A DNA stretch of 64,000 nt from an uncultured SAR86 cluster bacterium (GTDB lineage Bacteria; Pseudomonadota; Gammaproteobacteria; Magnimaribacterales; D2472). Both the position numbers and the translations under genes were made by a program. The notes under the pieces are model-generated. The model was not told the origin of the DNA and did not search any database. It saw only the letters and a list, made by a program, of their open reading frames with translations. Each line of letters opens with the position of its first letter. Position 1 is the stretch's first letter. The stretch lies in assembly GCA_902541245.1 (NCBI GenBank), contig CACBPT010000003.1, positions 2,762 through 66,761 on the forward strand, in the 5' to 3' direction. This document shows, in pieces, positions 1 through 8,366 of the stretch.

Positions 1-414
1 TCCACTTCCAGCTATGTCCCTAAAACCAATAGCAACCTGAGGCAATAACTCAGATTCCTTTAAAATTCTAAATTTTGCATCAAAACTTTTATCTTTATAA
101 GTTTGGTTTCCACTGAAAGACTCAACATTACTGTATAAAGCATTGTTTACATCCGTGTATTGGTAAGAAGCTTCAAACCATGAAAATGGATAAGCTATAA
201 GCGAACCACGAAGATAAGGATCATTGTTAGACCATGAAAATCCTAGTGTTCCCTCTTCATGCATTCTAGCTGATGGCATCTGAAGCAATCCAAGAGTTCC
301 ATAGTTAGAATAACTAGGATTACTGAAAGGGTATATGTAATCATTAATGTCTGACTGAGCAACTTGTGCGAAAATTACTAAGAAAAGCAGGAGTTTTTTT
401 CTTGCCCCGAACAT
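1..414 (-). CDS. YjbH/GfcD-family outer-membrane polysaccharide export protein, N-terminal 138 codons only (gene continues past the window start)
   Basis: Not in the ORF track because it is open-ended. My translation of the minus strand from the ATG at 412-414 gives MFGARKKLLLFLVIFAQVAQSDINDYIYPFSNPSYSNYGTLGLLQMPSARMHEEGTLGFSWSNNDPYLRGSLIAYPFSWFEASYQYTD...SGNQTYKDKSFDAKFRILKESELLPQVAIGFRDIAGSG with no stop. It has a signal peptide and the GL.QMPSARM..EG, YKDK.FD.K and PQV..G.RDI.G.G motifs I recall for the YjbH family. Confidence 0.7.
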   Translation of the reverse strand, partial: MFGARKKLLLFLVIFAQVAQSDINDYIYPFSNPSYSNYGTLGLLQMPSARMHEEGTLGFSWSNNDPYLRGSLIAYPFSWFEASYQYTDVNNALYSNVESFSGNQTYKDKSFDAKFRILKESELLPQVAIGFRDIAGSG

Positions 415-480
415 TAGTTTTATATCATAAACATAAGTTAGCATTTATGTATCATTTGATTCAAAGCAAAAACTTTCCTT

Positions 481-2298
481 CTAGTTATTATTTATTGAAT
501 TCAATGATGCTAATGAAATAGCCAAACTACTTAAGATAGGAGCAAATGTTGCTGCAAATTTTAGCCCTTCAATTCTCCCAATATCTCTTGAAGCATAAAC
601 AACAGTGCCTGGAAAAATTTGAATGTTTTTTTGAAAAGGCCTAAAGAATGATAATTTATAAAGACGTGTTTTTCCATCGGGATCAATAATAACTAAATGT
701 TTAGTTGAGGTATCCTTTAAACCACCCGCATTATTGATGTATTGATGAAGAGTAAGCTCAGATTTGAATTGTGTAGATCCTGGCTGATTAAATTCACCAA
801 AAAGATAAACTTGATTAAGCAAAGGGGGAACTTTAATTATATCTCCGTCTTCTACCACTGCATCTAAGGAAACATTATTTTCAATTCGACTAAGTTCAAA
901 TTCAGCAACCACTCTTCCCTTTGGTCTATAATTTTTTAACTCTTCTAATAGTAGTGAAAGTGAGCCTGAAGTTGCACCAACTTCTTGCGGATTAGAAACA
1001 ATAAAATTTAAAGTATCCCTGTAAATTCTCTCATTAAAATTAGACTCAAGATCCTTTGCAGATTCTCGGAATAGAGAACTGCCATAGGGGTAGGCCGATC
1101 GCTTATAACCTCCGGCCCTTTTAATAATTGATGAAAGTCTCTCTCCATCAGAGATATTAAATGTTCCAGGATTTGCAACCATCCCAATAATTTGAACTGT
1201 TTTTACAGGTTCTTGATAAGAACTATAAAAAGGAAGTGTAATTGAATCTCTAGCTTTTAAATTAGTTTTAGCTGCATCCCTGATACTAATTTTTTGCTCT
1301 ATGATTTGGCCATCAACAAATCTACTGAGCAAAAATTCCTCGCCTATGAAATATGGAGAAATGTCTCCAGCAAATTTTATAGCATCATAAACAGTCTCTT
1401 TTGGGAGCAATTCATATAATGCTTGTCGAGATACGCCACCCGAAACGGGGACCTCAAAACTCTTTGGTTTAACAAAAATAATATCTCCGGATCTTAATTG
1501 AGAATCAAACGGCTTCTGACCAAAAGCCATAACATTGTATAGATCTAGTGTTGATAGAACTTGATCATCTCTTTTGTGTTGAATTTTTCTAAATGATCCA
1601 TTCTTAGAAATTCCTCCCGCAACATTCAACGCATGCAATATATTAGATGCACCACTTAAAGTATACAAACCTGGACTGGAAACCTCGCCAAGCAGAAAAA
1701 CTTGTATATCTCTTAATCCAGAGAGAGTTGTTGATGTTTTAACACCGATAGCAGTATTATTCATAGCTGCTTGTATGGCCTCCGCAGCCTTATCTAAACG
1801 CAGTCCTCTGACGTATACTTTAGTTAACTTATTGACCAACACAGAACCATCACGCTGTACCATTGAGACACTCTCAACATTTATTGATCCTGTTGCAAGA
1901 ATTGTTAACTGATCTCCGTAATCAAGCACATAATCATCTGAAATATTTGGAAGATTAATTGGTGAAAATGATGACTGAATAGAGCTAAAAAAATCTTCTC
2001 CAAATCTTGGTAACTCAATATTTCCAGATTTACCCTCTATTGCAAGCTTAAGACTATCAACTTGATTTTGAATTTTTCTCAATATGGCTTTATTGGCCTC
2101 TATGGAAGTATTTCCACGAAATAAGACTTCAACATCTTCTTGATCTTGCAAGTCTTTTTCTAATTTTTTTGCAACATCATCAGGAAGTGAATCAAGAAAT
2201 GATTGGTCTAATTCCTGAGAATTAACATCAACTGCACTGATTGAAAATAAAATTAAGGCTAAAATAAATTTGATATTTCTCAACATGACTAATTCCAT
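481..2298 (-). CDS. Polysaccharide export protein, Wza/KpsD family with several SLBB-type repeats
   Basis: 605 aa with an N-terminal signal peptide (alternative start at MLRNIKF, 2286). Repeated GEV..PG.Y and G.V..PG motifs are typical of polysaccharide export/SLBB domains. No Cys lipobox follows the signal peptide. It lies next to the YjbH-like gene. Confidence 0.8.
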   Translation of the reverse strand: MELVMLRNIKFILALILFSISAVDVNSQELDQSFLDSLPDDVAKKLEKDLQDQEDVEVLFRGNTSIEANKAILRKIQNQVDSLKLAIEGKSGNIELPRFGEDFFSSIQSSFSPINLPNISDDYVLDYGDQLTILATGSINVESVSMVQRDGSVLVNKLTKVYVRGLRLDKAAEAIQAAMNNTAIGVKTSTTLSGLRDIQVFLLGEVSSPGLYTLSGASNILHALNVAGGISKNGSFRKIQHKRDDQVLSTLDLYNVMAFGQKPFDSQLRSGDIIFVKPKSFEVPVSGGVSRQALYELLPKETVYDAIKFAGDISPYFIGEEFLLSRFVDGQIIEQKISIRDAAKTNLKARDSITLPFYSSYQEPVKTVQIIGMVANPGTFNISDGERLSSIIKRAGGYKRSAYPYGSSLFRESAKDLESNFNERIYRDTLNFIVSNPQEVGATSGSLSLLLEELKNYRPKGRVVAEFELSRIENNVSLDAVVEDGDIIKVPPLLNQVYLFGEFNQPGSTQFKSELTLHQYINNAGGLKDTSTKHLVIIDPDGKTRLYKLSFFRPFQKNIQIFPGTVVYASRDIGRIEGLKFAATFAPILSSLAISLASLNSINNN

Positions 2299-2364
2299 TG
2301 TGAAAATGCAATTATATCTTAATTAAGATGTCAAAATACAGCTAGGGCCAAATGAATTCTTACT

Positions 2365-3519
2365 TTAATTGTTCAAAGCCTCAAGCTTTGATCTCCATAG
2401 TAACTCTGTTTGCTTTGCAATTTCTTCTTGAGAAAAATGTTTTATGACTAATTTTCTGCCTTCGTTACCCATACTATATCGAAGAGAGTTATTCAATAAA
2501 AGTTGCTTGATGGCATCAGACAAACCAATAATATTTTTAAACTCAACCAAAAAGCCATTTACTTTATCAATTACGACTTCTCTGCAACCGGGAACATCAT
2601 AAGCAACAATTGGTTTTCCACAACTTGCTGCCTCCAATAAAGCTTTAGGCAAGCCTTCTCGAAATGATGGAAGGCAAACTATAGATGCTTTTTGAAAAGC
2701 CCCAACCATATCGTCAATGTGACCCCATAACTCAATAAGATTAGATTCCCTCCATTTGTTAAGAGAAGCTTTATCTATTGCCTCTGGGTTACTTGGATCT
2801 TCTCTACCAGCAATAACAAAACGTGCATTGAATCCGTCTTCTTTTAAAATAATTGCAGACTTAACAAAGTCCTCTATTCCCTTATCTCTCAACAATCTTG
2901 CAGGTAAAAGCACAATTGGAGGTTGAGTTATATTTTTTGACAATGAAAATAACTTAAGATCGACCCCTGCACCTCTAATAATGCTAATTTGTGATTTAAG
3001 AACTATATTTTGTTGTAAAAAAATATTTTGGTCGTCTGTATTTTGCATAATAAGTGTAGAATACTTATTATTGAGCAAAAACTTCATCATTATAATTATA
3101 ATCGGTCTTATAACCCTTGCTAATAATTGTGATGAACTAAAAACATAACCAAGTCCAGCAAATGCAAATATCCTAACTGGAATTTTGCATATTTTTGCAC
3201 AAATAGCTCCATATAAAATTGGTTTTAAGCCAACTGAGTGAATAATATCTGGTTTCAGGTTTTTAATAACATTCAACAAGGTAAATATGGATTTTGACTC
3301 AGAAAAAATATTTGCAGATCTTCTTCTTATTGGCCAATCAACTAAATGAATGCCATATGATGCAATTTCATTTTTGTGAATTGTCACTTTTGTAATCAAT
3401 GAAACTTCGTATCCTTGAGATATCGCATATTTAGCTAAAAAAAGCCTATGAGACATAAAATACCAGTCTTCTGAAATCACAAAGAGTATTCTTTTTGCTT
3501 GAGTGATATTTGATTGCAT
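2365..3519 (-). CDS. Glycosyltransferase, GT4 (GT-B fold) family
   Basis: 384 aa. The C-terminal segment PSFREGLPKALLEAASCGKPIVAYDVPGCREVV matches the E(x7)E retaining GT4 signature. The start is ATG. Confidence 0.8.
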   Translation of the reverse strand: MQSNITQAKRILFVISEDWYFMSHRLFLAKYAISQGYEVSLITKVTIHKNEIASYGIHLVDWPIRRRSANIFSESKSIFTLLNVIKNLKPDIIHSVGLKPILYGAICAKICKIPVRIFAFAGLGYVFSSSQLLARVIRPIIIIMMKFLLNNKYSTLIMQNTDDQNIFLQQNIVLKSQISIIRGAGVDLKLFSLSKNITQPPIVLLPARLLRDKGIEDFVKSAIILKEDGFNARFVIAGREDPSNPEAIDKASLNKWRESNLIELWGHIDDMVGAFQKASIVCLPSFREGLPKALLEAASCGKPIVAYDVPGCREVVIDKVNGFLVEFKNIIGLSDAIKQLLLNNSLRYSMGNEGRKLVIKHFSQEEIAKQTELLWRSKLEALNN

Positions 3520-3536
3520 AAGGGTTGTTATATCAA

Positions 3537-5504
3537 TTATTTATTAAAAAGGTCTCGATGCCATGACTGAAACATCAAGATAGTCCATAGTTGATTTTGC
3601 CAATTTCTGTCACCTTTTTTATGCTCCTTCCAAAATTTTTGAACAGTATTTGGACAAAAATACCCTTCTGCCTTAATTATGTCAGTATTCAATAAGTCCT
3701 CTGTCCATTCTAAAAGAGGTCCTTTAATCCACTCGCCAACTGGAACTCCAAAACCCATTTTTGGCCTTTCAAGCAAACTTCTATCAACATATTTATATAG
3801 GATATTTTTTAAAATTCTCTTACTATTTCCAGATTTTAATTTATATGATAAAGGGAGAGACCAAGCAAAATTAAAAACCTCATGATCAAGAAAAGGCGCA
3901 CGAGTCTCAAGGGAAACAGACATAGCAGCCCTGTCAACCTTAACCAAAATGTCATCCGTTAGATATCCCAGAGTATCAAAAAGCATAGCTTTTTCTATAT
4001 TGTTTAATGACTTGCTAAGTTGATTCATTTTTATCAAGCCTTCATCCAGTTTATCTGAAATAAATATATTATCTGAGCTAGTCCATAAATTTTGAGAATT
4101 TACATATAAAGAATTAAAGGATGAATTATTTAATAATTTTAAACCTTTTTTCAGTTTATCAGCTGGTCTGGAAAATCTTAAAAGAGTTGGAACAATTTTA
4201 GAGAGCATATTTAAATAGATGTTTAGTTGCTCTAAGGACATTTTTTCAACTTTATTAGAAATTAAGCCAACAAAAGATGAAGGTAAAAATTTAACTATGT
4301 TCCATAATTTTTGATTTATTTGATATCTATCATATCCACAAAAAATTTCGTCTCCAGCATCTCCAGTAAGGGCAACTACTACATCTTTTTTAGCTGATCT
4401 TGACACAACATGCGTAGGTATTTGAGAAGCATCAGCAAATGGCTCTGAATAAATTTCACTTAATCTAGGAATTATTGAAATAGCTTCATTGAAAGTTACT
4501 CTTTCTTCGGAATGATTAGTTCCTATTGCCTTAGCAACATCAGCGGCATGAGTAGATTCATCCCACTCTGCCTCATCAAAACCTATAGTAAATGTTTGGA
4601 TTGGTTGACTTGAAACGGATTGCATTATTGCTGTGACTAATGACGAATCTATTCCTCCTGACAAAAATGATCCTAGCGGAACATCAGAAATCATTTGATT
4701 TGTAACTTTCTTTTTTAAAATTGATTCAAGCTCATCGCTAGCCTCTTGAAAGCTTCCATGAAATTTCTCTTGATGAGATTTCATTGCCTCTACGCTAGCA
4801 TCCCAATAGATAAATTCTTTAATTTCCATATTATTTGGATCAATCGATATAAATGTTCCAGGCTTAACTTTAGATACTCCTGAAAAAATACATTTTGATC
4901 TAGGTACATATCCTAATTGAATATATTGATTTAATGCATCTCGATCGATTACTGGATTAAATTTTGGATGTTCGTTGAGCGCTGAAAGCTCAGATCCAAA
5001 AATAAAAAAGCCCTCATGGTTAGATGGATGTGAGATATAAACTGGCTTTTCACCAAAACGATCTCTGCAAATAAATAATTTTTTTTCTACCTCATCCCAA
5101 ATTGCAAATGCAAACATTCCCTGTAATTTTGATAATGTCTTTTTTAAACCATAATGCTCAACTAAAACTAAAAGAGTTTCAGTATCTGAAGAACCATTCC
5201 ATGAATTAAATTGAAAATCATTTTTTAAGGATGATCTCAACTCTAAATGATTATATATTTCTCCGTTATAAGTAACACAATATCTCGATGTGAATGATTT
5301 CATAGGCTGATGGCCTGTTTTGGTTAGATCTAAGATTGCTAATCTTTGATGTGCAAAAAAAATTTTATGCTCTGCATTCGTCCATGTACCACAACTATCT
5401 GGTCCACGAAATGCAATAGCGCTTCCCATTTTTTTTAAAATGCTAATAGATACGTCTTTTTTAAAATGATTCCTCTGATCAAGAAATCCTGCTATTCCGC
5501 ACAT
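3537..5504 (-). CDS. Asparagine synthetase B-family glutamine amidotransferase (WbpS-like, copy 1)
   Basis: 655 aa. It has the N-terminal MCGIAG Ntn-amidotransferase nucleophile and the SGGIDSS PP-loop (ISDVPLGSFLSGGIDSSLVTAIMQ). It lies inside the glycan cluster. Confidence 0.85.
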   Translation of the reverse strand: MCGIAGFLDQRNHFKKDVSISILKKMGSAIAFRGPDSCGTWTNAEHKIFFAHQRLAILDLTKTGHQPMKSFTSRYCVTYNGEIYNHLELRSSLKNDFQFNSWNGSSDTETLLVLVEHYGLKKTLSKLQGMFAFAIWDEVEKKLFICRDRFGEKPVYISHPSNHEGFFIFGSELSALNEHPKFNPVIDRDALNQYIQLGYVPRSKCIFSGVSKVKPGTFISIDPNNMEIKEFIYWDASVEAMKSHQEKFHGSFQEASDELESILKKKVTNQMISDVPLGSFLSGGIDSSLVTAIMQSVSSQPIQTFTIGFDEAEWDESTHAADVAKAIGTNHSEERVTFNEAISIIPRLSEIYSEPFADASQIPTHVVSRSAKKDVVVALTGDAGDEIFCGYDRYQINQKLWNIVKFLPSSFVGLISNKVEKMSLEQLNIYLNMLSKIVPTLLRFSRPADKLKKGLKLLNNSSFNSLYVNSQNLWTSSDNIFISDKLDEGLIKMNQLSKSLNNIEKAMLFDTLGYLTDDILVKVDRAAMSVSLETRAPFLDHEVFNFAWSLPLSYKLKSGNSKRILKNILYKYVDRSLLERPKMGFGVPVGEWIKGPLLEWTEDLLNTDIIKAEGYFCPNTVQKFWKEHKKGDRNWQNQLWTILMFQSWHRDLFNK

Positions 5505-5513
5505 TTATAATCC

Positions 5514-6386
5514 CTAATCAAGAAAGGTTTGAAGATATTCCCCATAAAGAGTTTTGGGAAATTTCTTAGCTTGATCTTTTATTTGATCTTTTGAGATCCA
5601 ATTATTTTGCAAAGCAACCTCTTCTAAGCAGCCAATTTGTGTTCCCTGTCTAAGTTGAAGAGATCTTATAAAATTTGCTGATTCCAAGAGATTTTCATGT
5701 GTTCCCGTATCTAGCCAAGCGAAGCCTCTACCTAATTTCTCTAAATTGAGCTGATTGTTATGCATATAAAGCTCTAATAATGAAGTGATTTCCAATTCTC
5801 CTCGCTTGGAAGGCTCAATTGTTTTTGCTTTACTTGGAGCAGAACTATCTAAAAAATATAATCCAGTCACAGCATAATTAGACGCTGGCTGAGTTGGCTT
5901 TTCCTCAATTGACAGAACATTGCCATTTGAATCAAAATCAGCAACTCCATATGATGATGGATCAGAAACTCTATAACCAAATATTGTTGCTATTTCTCTA
6001 CTTGAAGCTTTCTCTAGAATTTCTCTTAAGTAATATCCATAGAAAAAATTATCTCCTAAAATCATAGCTGATGGATGTCCATTTAAAAATTCTTCTGCAA
6101 GAATATATGCTTGAGCAAGTCCATCTGGACTGGGTTGAAATATATAGGAAATAGAAATACCAAATTGAGATCCATCTCCCAATAAATCGTAAAAATTTTT
6201 GTAATCTTCCTCCCTTATAATTACTGCAATTTCTTTAATCTTTGCCGACATTAGGACTGATAATGGATAAAAAATCATAGGCTTATCATAAATTGGTAGC
6301 AGTTGCTTAGAGATGCTAAGTGTAGCTGGGTACAATCTACTGCCCGTGCCTCCAGCTAAGATAATCCCCTTTCTATTTTTTTTCAT
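5514..6386 (-). CDS. rfbA: Glucose-1-phosphate thymidylyltransferase
   Basis: 290 aa with GIILAGGTGSRLYPATLSISKQLLPIYDKPMIFYPLS, the canonical RmlA N-terminus. It overlaps rfbD by 14 nt. Confidence 0.95.
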   Translation of the reverse strand: MKKNRKGIILAGGTGSRLYPATLSISKQLLPIYDKPMIFYPLSVLMSAKIKEIAVIIREEDYKNFYDLLGDGSQFGISISYIFQPSPDGLAQAYILAEEFLNGHPSAMILGDNFFYGYYLREILEKASSREIATIFGYRVSDPSSYGVADFDSNGNVLSIEEKPTQPASNYAVTGLYFLDSSAPSKAKTIEPSKRGELEITSLLELYMHNNQLNLEKLGRGFAWLDTGTHENLLESANFIRSLQLRQGTQIGCLEEVALQNNWISKDQIKDQAKKFPKTLYGEYLQTFLD

Positions 6387-7242
6387 TTCTTTTTAAAGCC
6401 TCTATTACATTGACTAAGTCATTCTCCCAAGAAGGCTGTTTTATATTATATGTTGAAAAAAGAGAGTCACAATCTAATCTTGAGTTTTTTGGTCTAGTTG
6501 CAAGTACTTCAAATTCCAATGAAGTTATCTCATTAATGTGAGTTGTGTAATTCATTTTTAATAAAATAGCTTTTGCAAAGTCTGCCCAGCTTACATAAGG
6601 GAAGCCAGAAAAATGAAATATTCCAGATACAAATCGCTCGTTAGAATATGCTTCTATTAACCTATAGCAAGCTTTTGCAATAGATTCTGCAGATGTTGGT
6701 CCACCAATTTGATCAGCAATAATAGAAATTTCATTTTTCTTATTGGCTAGATTGATTACTGATTTAAGGAAATTTTTATTGTGCTCAGAAAAAACCCATG
6801 ATGTTCTTAAGATGCAATATTTTCCATTTACATTAGAAATACGTTTTTCTCCATCACATTTTGATTTACCATAAACATTTATTGGATTAACTTTGTCCTC
6901 AGGTTTCCACGGCATCACTCCGGTTCCATCAAAAACATAATCAGTAGATATATGCAGAAGTGGTACATTAATTTTTTTTGCCTCAATCGCAATAATTTCT
7001 GGCGCATTAGCGTTAATATTGAAGGCTTCATCCTGGTTCAATTCAGCATTCTCAACATCAGTATAAGCAGCTGCATTAATAATAAAATCTGGTTTCAAAT
7101 TAAAAATGCAGCTGGCTATATCACTGGCATTCAGAAAATCAACCTCTGAACTATTTATTGATATTAAGTTAATTAATTTTGGTTTATGTTTTAAAAGTGT
7201 TAAACCAACTTGACTATTTTTTCCAAAGAGTAAAACTTTCAA
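6373..7242 (-). CDS. rfbD: dTDP-4-dehydrorhamnose reductase
   Basis: 289 aa, RmlD-like (short Rossmann N-terminus, STDYVFDG, YGKSK). It sits between rfbB and rfbA. Confidence 0.9.
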   Translation of the reverse strand: MKVLLFGKNSQVGLTLLKHKPKLINLISINSSEVDFLNASDIASCIFNLKPDFIINAAAYTDVENAELNQDEAFNINANAPEIIAIEAKKINVPLLHISTDYVFDGTGVMPWKPEDKVNPINVYGKSKCDGEKRISNVNGKYCILRTSWVFSEHNKNFLKSVINLANKKNEISIIADQIGGPTSAESIAKACYRLIEAYSNERFVSGIFHFSGFPYVSWADFAKAILLKMNYTTHINEITSLEFEVLATRPKNSRLDCDSLFSTYNIKQPSWENDLVNVIEALKRNEKK

Positions 7243-8279
7243 GAATTGTTACCAAGTCTTTTGCCTATGCCATCTCTAGACTTAAGATTCTCAAGCCACT
7301 CATTATTGTTTAAGTACCAAAGAACAGTCTCTTCCAAACCCTTATCAATATTGATTTTTGGTTGCCACCCTAAGTCATTACTAATTTTTGAAAAGTCAAT
7401 TGCATAACGCATATCATGCCCTGGGCGATCAGATACAAACTTTATTTGATTAGAATAAGGATCTTCTCTTGGTATCTTTTGATCAAGAATATTGCATAAT
7501 TTTTTTATAATCTGAATATTTTCAAGTTCATTGTTTCCACCGATATTGTAAGTTGATCCAATTTCTCCAAGTTCGAGAACTAAAATTAAAGCCTTTACAT
7601 GATCTGTAACATGAAGCCAGTCTCTTATATTTTTACCATCCCCGTAAATAGGAATATCTTTATTATTAATTGCATTCATGATAACAAGAGGTATAAGTTT
7701 CTCAGGAAATTGATAAGGTCCATAATTATTAGAACAATTTGTAACTAAGATTGGTAAATCATAAGTATCACCCCAAGCTCTAACAAGATGGTCAGATGAC
7801 GCTTTGGAGGCCGAATATGGACTTCTTGGGGAATATTTTGAATCCTCAGTAAAAAAACCATCTTTACCCAATGATCCAAAAACCTCATCTGTTGAAACGT
7901 GAAGAAATCTAAAATTAGATGGCCTTTTTTTCTTAACCCAAAATGAATAGGCTGCCTCTAGAAGGTTATAAGTTCCAAGAATATTAGTTTCAATAAAGTC
8001 AATAGGACTATCAATTGATCTGTCTACGTGAGTTTCAGCTGCTAAATGGATAATTGCATCAGGGCAAAATAACTCTACTAATTTATTTACAGACTTCCTA
8101 TCCTTAATGTCTATTTTCTTAAAGGAATAATTCTTATGGTTATCAACTGGGATCAAATTTGATAAACATGAAGCATAGGTTAGTGAATCTAAATTAAGAA
8201 TTTTGTGGCCTAATGGGATTGCCTCTCTAATAAATGCAGATCCAATAAAGCCAGCCCCGCCTGTTACAAGCAATTTCAA
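7239..8279 (-). CDS. rfbB: dTDP-glucose 4,6-dehydratase
   Basis: 346 aa with GGAGFIGS, STDEVFG and YSASKASSDHLV (YxxxK). Confidence 0.95.
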   Translation of the reverse strand: MKLLVTGGAGFIGSAFIREAIPLGHKILNLDSLTYASCLSNLIPVDNHKNYSFKKIDIKDRKSVNKLVELFCPDAIIHLAAETHVDRSIDSPIDFIETNILGTYNLLEAAYSFWVKKKRPSNFRFLHVSTDEVFGSLGKDGFFTEDSKYSPRSPYSASKASSDHLVRAWGDTYDLPILVTNCSNNYGPYQFPEKLIPLVIMNAINNKDIPIYGDGKNIRDWLHVTDHVKALILVLELGEIGSTYNIGGNNELENIQIIKKLCNILDQKIPREDPYSNQIKFVSDRPGHDMRYAIDFSKISNDLGWQPKINIDKGLEETVLWYLNNNEWLENLKSRDGIGKRLGNNS

Positions 8280-8366
8280 TTTATTATCCTAAGCATAAAA
8301 AAGTTATTTTAATTGTATCTATTAAAAGTAGAAAATTACAGAGAGTTATTTTATGATTTCAAAAAA

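Noticed and set aside
2316-2329. 14-bp perfect palindrome ATCTTAATTAAGAT in the gap between the GT4 gene and the exporter gene.
   Set aside because: It is almost pure A/T and loopless, so it is a poor hairpin. It has no T-tract and could easily arise by chance at this base composition.
3679-3885. Short plus-strand ORFs lying antisense inside long minus-strand genes. This one is an example. Others are 6952-7149, 8947-9168, 15426-15623, 15620-15877, 16427-16615, 17813-18007, 19685-19894, 26227-26478, 26894-27145, 31175-31390, 31577-31774, 32114-32383, 32762-32959, 35788-35994, 37707-37940, 39426-39647, 41482-41667, 41751-41981, 44824-45045, 49170-49376, 50161-50343, 50748-51023, 51095-51334, 51569-51784 and 52636-52878.
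   Set aside because: Each lies wholly inside a well-supported gene on the opposite strand and has a low-complexity or Leu/Ser/Phe-rich composition typical of antisense frames in AT-rich DNA. None has a recognisable motif.
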